DNA of 38,731 bases from contig JBFWMA010000012.1 in assembly GCA_050251875.1 (NCBI GenBank), positions 7,657-46,387 of the forward strand. Direction: 5' to 3'. A model generated the notes under the pieces. The model was not told where the DNA came from. It was given only the letters and a program-made list of their open reading frames with translations, and did no database searches. Both the position numbers and the translations under genes were made by a program. Numbering within the stretch: the first letter of the stretch is position 1; the number at the start of each line of letters is the position of its first letter. Of this stretch, positions 30,514-38,731 are shown piece after piece. Origin of the DNA: Deferribacterales bacterium. GTDB lineage: Bacteria > Chrysiogenota > Deferribacteres > Deferribacterales > Geovibrionaceae.

Positions 30514-31632
30514 TTACTCCAGAGGCAGAGTGACTCTGAATACCGTTCCTTTGCTCTCTCCGGTCTCAAAAGCCACAGATCCGTTCAGATATTTCTCTGT
30601 GAGAGTCTTGATGCTGTGCGTGCCAAGCCCTGACCCGCGTTTTTTCGTGGTGAACGATTTCATAAATATCTTGTGCCTGATCTCTTCGGGAATAATCTGG
30701 TCATTCTGCACCCAGAAGACCGCTCTTCCGTTTCTGAGGTTGACCCCGGCGGTCACCTTTCCACCCACGTCCGAAGATTCCAGAGCGTTTGTAATCATAT
30801 TCAGCAGAACCCTCTTCAGCAGGGTTTCGTCTGTCTTCAGCTCAAAACTGTCGCTGGAGCTGTCCAGATACAGAATTTTCCCGAACGCCGCCTTCATATT
30901 CTCAGAAAAAGAGATGCAGTCGTCCAGCAGTTTTAATGAATCCGCCATAGTCTGCTGAACTATCAGATCGTTAATCTCCGCCGCTTTCAGCAGTTTATGC
31001 GTGTTCAGCTCGTTTAAAAGCTGAGCGGATGAATTTACCAGCAGCTCGTTTATCTTCGCCTTGTCTTCCAGAGTCTCGTCCTGCATCAGCTTCAGCATGG
31101 AGTGTATCCCGCCGGCTATGTTAATGATATCGTGAAAGAATATTTTCTCCAGAACTTCCATGCGTCTTTTCAGCCCGATATCGCTCACGGAGAAGACTGT
31201 GTATTCCCTGCCTTTCAGCATGAAGGGTCTGCTGGTGACAGCCAGCTCATACGTCTGACCTTCTCTGGAACAGATAACACACTCTTCTATCGCTTCAGAT
31301 CCCTGAAGCTGGGTTTTCAGAATGGCGTTTACCGCCCCGCAGTCTTTGCAGAATTTGCTGGTTCCGCAGCCGCCGCCGGCTGAGGCGTACTGACAGTCAA
31401 AAATCTCTCCCGGTCTCTTGCCCAGAACAGCTTCCGGCGATGGGATAGAATATCTTTGCAGAGCCGCTTTGTTGATATAGACGGTCTGACGGTATGAATT
31501 CAGGATAAAGATATCCTGATCCAGCTTTTCCATAAGTTCGTGGATCATCGAAACCGAACGGATGGTATTATACATTCTGATAATATCACTGATGCTGTCC
31601 CGTTCAGCCGGAGCATAGAAAGTTTCTGGCAT
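30514..31632 (-). CDS. Cytoplasmic sensor histidine kinase with Cys-rich PAS-like domain
   Basis: H-box FFHDIIN, N-box LLNMITNALE, F/G2 boxes FTTK..GSGLG; PAS-like N-terminus with C-x8-C-x5-C-x2-C. Confidence 0.9.
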   Translation of the reverse strand: MPETFYAPAERDSISDIIRMYNTIRSVSMIHELMEKLDQDIFILNSYRQTVYINKAALQRYSIPSPEAVLGKRPGEIFDCQYASAGGGCGTSKFCKDCGAVNAILKTQLQGSEAIEECVICSREGQTYELAVTSRPFMLKGREYTVFSVSDIGLKRRMEVLEKIFFHDIINIAGGIHSMLKLMQDETLEDKAKINELLVNSSAQLLNELNTHKLLKAAEINDLIVQQTMADSLKLLDDCISFSENMKAAFGKILYLDSSSDSFELKTDETLLKRVLLNMITNALESSDVGGKVTAGVNLRNGRAVFWVQNDQIIPEEIRHKIFMKSFTTKKRGSGLGTHSIKTLTEKYLNGSVAFETGESKGTVFRVTLPLE

Positions 31633-31656
31633 GGCAAATCTCTGTTAATATTTAGT

Positions 31657-31676
31657 AGCCGTAATACATTACGGCT
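31657..31676. promoter_or_regulatory. Operator-like perfect inverted repeat upstream of the histidine kinase
   Basis: AGCCGTAAT-AC-ATTACGGCT. Confidence 0.55.
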
Positions 31677-31687
31677 TAGTTTCCCAC

Positions 31688-31716
31688 AAAAAATAAAGCC
31701 CCTGAAAAGGGGCTTT
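31688..31716 (-). terminator. Terminator of the pur-selenoprotein operon
   Basis: Minus strand AAAGCCCCT-TTTC-AGGGGCTTTATTTTTT right after the stop at 31720. Confidence 0.85.
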
Positions 31717-31719
31717 GAT

Positions 31720-32073
31720 TTATGATTCCTGCAGCTTCAGCCTTATACGTCCAAGTATATCCTCTGCTTCTGAAAGCCCCCAGCACAGAGGTTTCTTGTT
31801 CATTGAAAGATATGGCAAAGGCAGTCTGCCGTCAACAATTGTTTCTATGTCGCTTATATAGTCCAGTATCTCCGGAGAAGCGACATCGATATATTTAAAA
31901 TCGAATTTCTCGGTGCCGAATTCGGCAGTGAGCATAGCGTCTACCTTATAATAGAGCTGCTCGTAAGGATCATCTTTTACCCCGCAACCTGAGGGGAAAT
32001 ACGAAGGGCTTCAGCCCGAAACAAATTCCATGCTGCTGCCGAACATGCGGACAACAATAACTTCTTCTGACAT
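31720..32073 (-). CDS. Candidate selenoprotein, 117 aa, thioredoxin-like YuzD/DUF1462-like fold, Sec at codon 21 (UGA 32013-32011)
   Basis: TAAGGAG SD then ATG at 32073. Reads MSEEVIVVRMFGSSMEFVSG-UGA-SPSYFPSGCGVKDDPYEQLYYKVDA, continuing in frame into the 71-aa ORF 31935..31720. SECIS-like hairpin follows the UGA. Confidence 0.82.
31976..32010 (-). other. Bacterial SECIS-like stem-loop
   Basis: UGA-AGCCCUUCGUA-UUUCCCC-U-CA-GGU-UG-C-GGGG-U-AAA; apical GGU starts 22 nt after the UGA. Confidence 0.7.
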
Positions 32074-32085
32074 TGTGTGTACTCC

Positions 32086-33456
32086 TTACTCGCCGTCTCT
32101 GTACATTGTAGGATACTCACCGGAAAAGCAGGCGTGGCAATAATTTTTGCTGCCCACGCAGTCCAGCAGACCTTCAATGCTGAGATATCCCAGCGAGTCC
32201 GCCGTAATGTATTTTCTGGTCTCTTCCACACTGTGCGTGGAGGCGATCAGTTCTTTCCGTGTGGGAGTGTCTATGCCGTAAAAGCAGGGAAAAGCTGTGG
32301 GGGGCGAGCTGATGCGCATATGCACTTCTTTGGCTCCTGCCTCTCTCAGCATTTTTACAATCTTACGGCTGGTGGTTCCTCTGACAATGGAGTCGTCCAC
32401 AACGATGACCCTCTTGCCGTCTATAACCTCCCTCACGGGATTCAGCTTTATTTTAACACCGAAGTGTCTGATCGACTGGCTCGGCTCGATAAATGTTCTG
32501 CCCACATAGTGGTTTCTCATCAGCCCCATCTCGAAGGGAACCCCGCTGGCTTCCGCGTATCCCAGAGTGGCGACAACGCCTGAATCCGGAACGGGGATAA
32601 CCACGTCCGCGTCCACAGGTGTCTCTTTCGCCAGCCAATGACCGAATTTTTTTCTTATTTCATAAACGTTTCTGCCAAAAAGGAAAGAATCGGGTCTGGC
32701 AAAATATATATGCTCGAAAATGCAGGGTTTCGGGTCTGCCTTTTCGAAGGGGAATATCGACTTCATTCCGTCATCGTCTATGATAACCATCTCGCCCGGC
32801 TCTATCTCTCTGACAAAGCTCGCCTCGATCAGATCCAGAGCCACTGTTTCAGAAGCCAGGATATATCCGTTGTTTTTCAGCTTGCCCAGAGCCAGAGGAC
32901 GCATGCCCATGGGGTCACGCACGCCGATCATCTTGTCTTTGGTCATGATAAGCAGCGAAAACGCGCCTTTCAGCTTGCGCAGCGAGTCTGTGATGGCGTC
33001 TATCAGGTTGTCTTTGCCGCTCTTGGCTATCAGGTGAACCACAACCTCTGTGTCCGATGTAGAGCCGAAGATAGCTCCCTTCTCCACCAGACCTCTTTTT
33101 ATCTCATCGGCGTTCACGATGTTTCCGTTGTGCGCCAGAGATATTTCGCCGAAATTGATGGTGACGGTGATAGGTTGGGTATTCGCCAGCAGAGAATCTC
33201 CGGTGGTGGAGTATCTATTGTGACCTATGGCAATATCGCCCTGAAGTTTATCCAGCTTTTCAGAGCTGAAAATATCGGCAACGAGCCCCATTCCCTTTTC
33301 ATATGTTATACTTTTGCGGTCGGTAACGGCTATCCCCGCCCCCTCCTGCCCTCTGTGCTGGAGAGAGTAAAGAGACAGATAAACCAGATTGGCGGCTTCT
33401 CTGTTGCCGTGTACGCCTGCTACGCCGCACTCATCATTGAATTTATCGTATGCCAT
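32086..33456 (-). CDS. purF: Amidophosphoribosyltransferase (Fe-S type)
   Basis: Propeptide then [58 protein letters not shown]. Start 33456 via TAATG overlap. Confidence 0.97.
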   Translation of the reverse strand: MAYDKFNDECGVAGVHGNREAANLVYLSLYSLQHRGQEGAGIAVTDRKSITYEKGMGLVADIFSSEKLDKLQGDIAIGHNRYSTTGDSLLANTQPITVTINFGEISLAHNGNIVNADEIKRGLVEKGAIFGSTSDTEVVVHLIAKSGKDNLIDAITDSLRKLKGAFSLLIMTKDKMIGVRDPMGMRPLALGKLKNNGYILASETVALDLIEASFVREIEPGEMVIIDDDGMKSIFPFEKADPKPCIFEHIYFARPDSFLFGRNVYEIRKKFGHWLAKETPVDADVVIPVPDSGVVATLGYAEASGVPFEMGLMRNHYVGRTFIEPSQSIRHFGVKIKLNPVREVIDGKRVIVVDDSIVRGTTSRKIVKMLREAGAKEVHMRISSPPTAFPCFYGIDTPTRKELIASTHSVEETRKYITADSLGYLSIEGLLDCVGSKNYCHACFSGEYPTMYRDGE

Positions 33457-35687
33457 TATTTCATCCTGTCGCCGATGCTGTTTTTCCAGATGTTTTCGGC
33501 GTCTGTAACTTTCATCGATATCAGTTTTCTGGTCTGGTTGCTTATCTCTATCAGACCGCTGCATGTTCTGCCTATCTTCTCTATAGGCAGGTTATATTTT
33601 TCCGCAAGTTTTTTTATTGCCTGTGCGTTATCAACGTCTATCTCCAGAACCACACGTCCGTGGTTTTCGCCGAAGATCAGGGCATCGTCACGGATTCCGC
33701 TGGACAGTTTTACATTCACGCCGATGTTCTCTCCGCCGAAGCACATCTCCGCCAGAGTAACGGCAAGACCGCCGTCTGAAACATCGTGAGCGGCTTTCAC
33801 CAGCCTCATATCAGCCGCTTCGCACATAAAGTCGATTATGGCTTTTTCACGTTTCAGGTCAACTTCCGGAGCGTCCCCTCTCTCATATCCGTGGATGGAT
33901 GCCAGATATTCACTGCCGCCGATGTATCCTGTGTTTTCACCCAGCAGATACACAGCGCTCTCCATTCCGGTGAAATAGGAGCCGATGCGTTTGGTAACAT
34001 CGTCAAAAACGCCCACCATCACTATTGTGGGAGTGGGATGTATCGGTTTTTTCTCTGTTTCGTTATAAAGTGAGACGTTTCCGCTGACAACGGGAGTCTC
34101 AAGGATTTTTGCCGCTTCCGCCATTCCGTCCACCGCTGTGGCGAACTGCCACATGATCTCGGGTTTCTCCGGATTTCCGAAGTTCAGACAGTTTGTCAGA
34201 GCTCTGGGACGCGCGCCTGACACGGCAACGTTTCTGGCTGATTCAGCCACTGCCGCTTTTCCGCCCTCGAAGGGGTTCAGCAGACAGTATCTGCTGTTGC
34301 AGTCGCTGGATATCGCCACGCCCTTCTCGGATTCGTTCAGCCTGATAACGGCGGCGTCTGATCCGGGAAGCTGTACTGTGCCCACACGAACCATATGGTC
34401 GTATTGTGTCCACACCCAGTTTTTAGAAGCGATAGACTCGTTTGTGAGCAGAGCCACGAAAACCTGCTGGAGGTCTTTCGGAGCCTCCACCTTAGGAAGA
34501 CGCTGGAGCTCATCCATGAAATCGGGTCTGGCATAGGGACGTTTGTATTTAGGCGCTTCGTCAGCCAGCGGAGCTGCCTCCAGAGCGGCTACCTCCTCTC
34601 CTGCCCAGCAGAGCCTTACATATCCGTCATCTGTCACCTCGCCGATAACGGAGGCGTCCAGATCCCATTTATCGAAAATCTCTTTTACCTTGCCCTCATA
34701 GCCTTTTTTGGCGACCATGAGCATGCGCTCCTGAGATTCGGACAGCATAACTTCATAGGGGTTCATGCCTGTCTCTCTCATGGGTACCATATCAAGGTCG
34801 AGTCTTACGCCGGAACCTGATTTGGAAGCCATTTCAAAGGATGAGCTGGTGAGTCCGGCCGCTCCCATGTCCTGAATTCCAACGATATAATCTGTTTTCA
34901 TAAGCTCAAGGCAGGCCTCGAGCAGAAGTTTCTCTTTAAAAGGGTCGCCTATCTGAACGTTGGGACGTTTCGCCTCGCTGTTCTCGTTGAACTCCTCAGA
35001 CGCCATAGTGGCGCCGTGGATTCCGTCACGTCCGGTTTTAGCTCCCACATAAATTACGGGGTTGCCCACGCCTTCGGCCTTCGCCAGAAAGATTCTGTCT
35101 TTCTGAACCACGCCCAGAGCGAAAGCGTTAACCAGCGGGTTGCCGTCATAACAGCTGTTGAAGTAAACCTCGCCGCCCACTGTGGGAACGCCGAAACAGT
35201 TGCCGTAGTGGGATATTCCCGCTACAACACCTTCAAATATCTGTCTGTTTTTCGGTTTGTCCAGTTTGCCGAATCTCAGAGAGTTCATAGCCGCCACGGG
35301 TCTCGCTCCCATGGTGAACACGTCTCTCAGGATGCCGCCCACGCCTGTCGCCGCTCCCTGAAAGGGTTCGATGAATGACGGGTGGTTGTGTGACTCCACC
35401 TTGAAGCACACGCACAGTCCCTCATCGTCCACGGAGATTACTCCGGCGTTTTCACCGGGTCCCTGAACCACCCACGGAGCTTCCGTGGGAAATTTTGACA
35501 GGTGAACACGGCTGGATTTATAGCTGCAATGTTCTGAGTACATGGATGATATAACACCCAGCTCTATGTAGTTGGGCGTTCTGCCCAGAAGATTTTTTAC
35601 GCCTTCAAATTCGCCCTCGGAGAGACCCATGCCTTTTGCTATTTCAAAGGTTACCTCGGGAAAACCGAAACTTTCGTATACGCTCAT
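33456..35687 (-). CDS. purL: Phosphoribosylformylglycinamidine synthase subunit PurL (small form)
   Basis: [63 protein letters not shown] overlap with purQ. Confidence 0.97.
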   Translation of the reverse strand: MSVYESFGFPEVTFEIAKGMGLSEGEFEGVKNLLGRTPNYIELGVISSMYSEHCSYKSSRVHLSKFPTEAPWVVQGPGENAGVISVDDEGLCVCFKVESHNHPSFIEPFQGAATGVGGILRDVFTMGARPVAAMNSLRFGKLDKPKNRQIFEGVVAGISHYGNCFGVPTVGGEVYFNSCYDGNPLVNAFALGVVQKDRIFLAKAEGVGNPVIYVGAKTGRDGIHGATMASEEFNENSEAKRPNVQIGDPFKEKLLLEACLELMKTDYIVGIQDMGAAGLTSSSFEMASKSGSGVRLDLDMVPMRETGMNPYEVMLSESQERMLMVAKKGYEGKVKEIFDKWDLDASVIGEVTDDGYVRLCWAGEEVAALEAAPLADEAPKYKRPYARPDFMDELQRLPKVEAPKDLQQVFVALLTNESIASKNWVWTQYDHMVRVGTVQLPGSDAAVIRLNESEKGVAISSDCNSRYCLLNPFEGGKAAVAESARNVAVSGARPRALTNCLNFGNPEKPEIMWQFATAVDGMAEAAKILETPVVSGNVSLYNETEKKPIHPTPTIVMVGVFDDVTKRIGSYFTGMESAVYLLGENTGYIGGSEYLASIHGYERGDAPEVDLKREKAIIDFMCEAADMRLVKAAHDVSDGGLAVTLAEMCFGGENIGVNVKLSSGIRDDALIFGENHGRVVLEIDVDNAQAIKKLAEKYNLPIEKIGRTCSGLIEISNQTRKLISMKVTDAENIWKNSIGDRMK

Positions 35688-36382
35688 CTGCATCCCCCGA
35701 TAAATTTTGCCACTGACTCAAAGAGGAAATAGCCGTCCCTGGTTTCCATAACGCTCTCGGCGCATCTTTCCGGGTGGGGCATCATGCCCAGCACGTTTCC
35801 TTTTTCGTTGATAATTCCGGCTATGTTGCCCACGGCTCCGTTGGGGTTGGAGTCGTCTTCGGCTGTGCCGTTATGGTCGCAGTATCTGAAAACTATCTGG
35901 TTGTTGTCCTCCATAGATTTCAGACCGTCAGCGTCTATGTAGTAGTTGCCCTCCATATGGGCTATGGGGATGCGCACAACCTCGCCCGCCGCATACATGT
36001 TGGTGAAGGGCGTGTCGGTGTTGTCCACACGCAGATTGACATATTTGCAGAGGAATTTCAGCCCTCTGTTTTTCATCAGGGCTCCGGGGAGGAGTCCGGA
36101 TTCTGTCAGCACCTGAAAACCGTTGCAGATGCCCAGAACGTGTCCGCCGTTGTTGGCGAATTTTATAACTTCATTAACTATAGGGGAAAATTTGGCTATC
36201 GCTCCGCAGCGAAGATAGTCTCCATAGGAGAACCCGCCGGGAAAAACCACAAGATCGACACCCTGAAGATCGGTATCCTTATGCCAGAGAAAAACAGTTT
36301 CGGCCCCTGCCATATGCTTTAAGGCGTGGTAACAGTCGTGGTCGCAGTTTGACCCCGGAAAAACAACAACTCCTGCCTTCAT
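35684..36382 (-). CDS. purQ: Phosphoribosylformylglycinamidine synthase subunit PurQ
   Basis: [36 protein letters not shown]. Confidence 0.97.
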   Translation of the reverse strand: MKAGVVVFPGSNCDHDCYHALKHMAGAETVFLWHKDTDLQGVDLVVFPGGFSYGDYLRCGAIAKFSPIVNEVIKFANNGGHVLGICNGFQVLTESGLLPGALMKNRGLKFLCKYVNLRVDNTDTPFTNMYAAGEVVRIPIAHMEGNYYIDADGLKSMEDNNQIVFRYCDHNGTAEDDSNPNGAVGNIAGIINEKGNVLGMMPHPERCAESVMETRDGYFLFESVAKFIGGCR

Positions 36383-36383
36383 A

Positions 36384-36617
36384 CTATTCACCGAACTCGA
36401 TGGAATATTCCTCGATGATGGGGTTGGCGAGCATGGACTGAGCTATTTTTTCCAGATCAGCCTTGCAGGATTCGTCCTTAACCTCGATCTCGAAAAACTT
36501 GCCCATTCTGACATCTGAGGCGAAGTCATATCCCATTCTCTGCATGGAGCTGAGGATGGTCTGACCCTGAGGATCGAGAACGCCGTTTTTCAGTTTTACA
36601 TAAACTTTTGCTTTCAT
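36384..36617 (-). CDS. purS: Phosphoribosylformylglycinamidine synthase subunit PurS
   Basis: [22 protein letters not shown]. Confidence 0.96.
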   Translation of the reverse strand: MKAKVYVKLKNGVLDPQGQTILSSMQRMGYDFASDVRMGKFFEIEVKDESCKADLEKIAQSMLANPIIEEYSIEFGE

Positions 36618-36740
36618 TAAATTTTCCTTATTTTTATATAATTTTCTATTTTTTACACACTTATACTTGAATTTTTATATAACAGAATCCTGACCTGATG
36701 TCATTGAAAAAAAGCCCTTTTTTATACATTCCCTCCACAT

Positions 36741-36769
36741 TTGCCAATACAGGATTTTTGTGCTATTTT
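36741..36769 (+). promoter_or_regulatory. Putative sigma70 promoter of the Sel1 gene
   Basis: TTGCCA-N17-TATTTT with TGn extension. Confidence 0.5.
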
Positions 36770-36798
36770 TGATAGTAATCATAAGTTAAAGGTTCAGG

Positions 36799-37452
36799 AT
36801 GAAAACAGCTAAAATTTTATTTACAATCTCTATTCTCCTCATATCCATCAACGGTTTCTGCGCTGTAGACTTCTTTGGTCTGGGCAAAAAGCTGTACGAT
36901 GAAAAAAACTATGAAAAAGCCGCCGAAATGTATGAGAAAGCCTGCTATTACGGCGACTCAAAGGGCTGTGTAGCCATGGCGAAGATGTTCGACACTGGAG
37001 CCGAAATAGAGCAGAACCCTGACAAAGCTCTGATCTTTTATGAAAAAGGATGCGAGCTGGGGTTCAACAATGACGGGAACTCATGCACCATCACGGGGCT
37101 GAAATATACTCTGCTGGGGCTGTCTTTTGAAACAGGCACAAACTTCGAGCCTAATTACGAAAAAGCGGCGGCGGCGTATGAAATAGCGTGTAAATATGAA
37201 AGCGCTCAGGGATGCTATAATCTCGGCAGACTATATGAGACGGGAGCAGGCATCAAAAAGAGCCTATTTCACGCAGGACAGTCATATTATAAAGCGTGTG
37301 ATCTGAATGACGGAGCGGCATGCTATAATCTTGGCAGACTGTTTCAGACAGCGGCGGGCGTTACACAATCCCCGGAAAAAGCGAAACTATACTATGAAAA
37401 AGCCTGCGGACTCAATTTTCAGGAAGGATGCGAGGCGATGAAATCACTCTGA
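36799..37452 (+). CDS. Secreted Sel1-like repeat protein (Hcp-like, Cys-paired)
   Basis: Signal peptide; repeated KA..YEKAC-x7-C..LG.LY..G.G units. Confidence 0.9.
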   Translation: MKTAKILFTISILLISINGFCAVDFFGLGKKLYDEKNYEKAAEMYEKACYYGDSKGCVAMAKMFDTGAEIEQNPDKALIFYEKGCELGFNNDGNSCTITGLKYTLLGLSFETGTNFEPNYEKAAAAYEIACKYESAQGCYNLGRLYETGAGIKKSLFHAGQSYYKACDLNDGAACYNLGRLFQTAAGVTQSPEKAKLYYEKACGLNFQEGCEAMKSL

Positions 37453-38439
37453 TTCCAGAACTTTCCTTACCTTTTCCGGATAACGTTTTTCATAAAAGAA
37501 GTAGTTTGAGAACAATAAGATGTCGTTTCCGGCTTCGACAGCCTTTTTCACCGTCTCGTCAAATCCGAAATTGTCATTGATGGCGCCCATCTGGAGGTCG
37601 TCACTGATGATTATCCCATTGTATCCAATATCTTGAAGCATGCTCATATGCTTCTTTGAAAGAGTGGCGGGATATTTCGGGTCTATCTTCGCATTGAAGA
37701 CGTGGGCAGTCATTATCATATCGGCATAGCCGTCTTTTATCAGCGCTTTATAAGGTTCAAGCTCTTTTTTATCCCATGTGTCCGTGACATCGGTAAAACC
37801 CATGTGGGAATCCGTCATGGCGCTTCCGTGCCCGGAAAAATGCTTCAGACAGGTCAGTACGCCGAATTTTCTGTGCGCTCTGATGAACGCCTCGGCATAT
37901 TTCACCACCGTATCCGTATCCGCCCCATAACTGCGCCCGATAGCGCCTATCACAGGCGACTGAGGATTTACGTTCAGATCAACCACCGGGGCGAAATTCA
38001 TGTTAAACCCGGCATCGGCGAGATCCTTCGCCATCTGTTCATATATCTTCTCAGCCTGTTCGGGGCTGTAATGCTCGGATATGTACTGAGGCGACTGCTC
38101 ATCATGAAATCCTTTGGCGGATGTCAGCCTCTGCACACGCCCGCCCTCCTCGTCCACGGCTATCAGGAGCGGGATGTCTGTATGGTTGTGTGCGTTCAGT
38201 TCGGCTATCAGCTTTCTGGTCTGCTCACGGCTGTCTATGTTATATCCGTAGAGAACAACTCCGGCGATAATTCCTTTTTCTATCTGATATTTAAGAATAT
38301 CCAGATCGGCATCGTCATAGGATGACGCCTTGAAGCCCACCATCACCAGACGGCTGGAAATTTTATCCAGAGGCATGTCGGCAAAAGCGGCATAAACGCT
38401 TGAGAAAATGAGAATAAAAATTAAAAGAGTTTTTTTCAT
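37444..38439 (-). CDS. Secreted GH3 beta-N-acetylhexosaminidase (NagZ-like)
   Basis: AVDEEGGRVQRL, NFAPVVD, KHFSGHG..TDSH, MTAHV, ISDDLQMGA; signal peptide. Start moved to 38439. Confidence 0.9.
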   Translation of the reverse strand: MKKTLLIFILIFSSVYAAFADMPLDKISSRLVMVGFKASSYDDADLDILKYQIEKGIIAGVVLYGYNIDSREQTRKLIAELNAHNHTDIPLLIAVDEEGGRVQRLTSAKGFHDEQSPQYISEHYSPEQAEKIYEQMAKDLADAGFNMNFAPVVDLNVNPQSPVIGAIGRSYGADTDTVVKYAEAFIRAHRKFGVLTCLKHFSGHGSAMTDSHMGFTDVTDTWDKKELEPYKALIKDGYADMIMTAHVFNAKIDPKYPATLSKKHMSMLQDIGYNGIIISDDLQMGAINDNFGFDETVKKAVEAGNDILLFSNYFFYEKRYPEKVRKVLESE

Positions 38440-38517
38440 GAGAATAAGATAGCAGATTTTTTGATAAAAAGAAATATCTTGACAAAAAGAAGCATAAAAA
38501 GTTATTTTTCTTTTCAC

Positions 38518-38591
38518 GCCCCCGTAGCTCAGGCGGATAGAGCGATGGATTCCTAATCCAGAGGCCGCATGTTCGAGTCATGCCGGGGGCG
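38518..38591 (+). tRNA. tRNA-Arg(CCT), CCA not encoded
   Basis: Acceptor GCCCCCG/CGGGGGC, D-arm GCTC/GAGC with A20, anticodon loop TT-CCT-AA, T-arm GCATG-TTCGAGT-CATGC; TTGACA upstream at 38479. Confidence 0.97.
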
Positions 38592-38731
38592 TTTGTTTTT
38601 TATCAATAACTTGCATGATTATCAGCAAGTTATATAAGTTGCTTTAACAAACTAAAATCGTTCAAAACCGTTCAATTTCGTTCAAAATTTGACGCATTTG
38701 CTTCAAAAATGCGTCAAGTGTTTGAAGCAGT
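38592..38731. mobile_element. Probable att-site arm / boundary of an element integrated at tRNA-Arg
   Basis: AT-rich; IHF-consensus matches; CGTTCAA x3 at 10-bp period; four TGC(G/T)TCAA copies. No integrase is visible in the window. Confidence 0.55.

Noticed and set aside
31720..31935. 71-aa stand-alone ORF, or a pseudogene with a nonsense mutation
   Set aside because: No SD at 31935. The upstream in-frame start with a strong SD, the single UGA at a redox-site position and the SECIS-like hairpin fit Sec recoding better, though a pseudogene is not fully excluded.
31977..32231. 84-aa minus-strand ORF overlapping the purF end
   Set aside because: Alternative frame overlapping purF and the selenoprotein; no SD or recognisable motif.
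36618..36798. Purine or ZTP riboswitch upstream of purS
   Set aside because: AT-rich region with no recognisable aptamer stems or conserved motifs.

Overview
This is a chromosomal, mostly housekeeping window from a Gram-negative anaerobe. Gene content (futalosine-pathway MqnE, rubredoxin/FprA, Fe-S-type PurF, hldDE) suggests a Deferribacterota-like organism; that assignment is inference only. The minus-strand blocks are hsp20-galU-amrB-hyp-mqnE, a REC-GGDEF cyclase, two tandem nhaB paralogs, and a long operon (FAD/Fe-S oxidoreductase, 2 hypotheticals, hldE, hldD, miaB, DUF151, two MoeA-family genes). The plus-strand block is pdxA-rsmA-exonuclease-accD-folC-lptD-secreted protein-DHH-rubredoxin-fprA. 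These are followed by an orphan Cys-rich histidine kinase, purSQLF, a Sel1 protein, a GH3 hexosaminidase and tRNA-Arg(CCT). The main result is missed by the ORF track: the last gene of the pur operon is a 117-aa thioredoxin-like (YuzD/DUF1462-like) protein at 32073..31720 with an in-frame UGA at codon 21 and a SECIS-like hairpin, i.e. a candidate selenoprotein with a U-x8-C motif. Also notable are a 191-bp tandem repeat of stacked hairpins that duplicates the 3' end of hsp20 (left edge), an att-like junction with IHF-consensus sites and phased repeats right after the tRNA (right edge), and three candidate leaderless genes.
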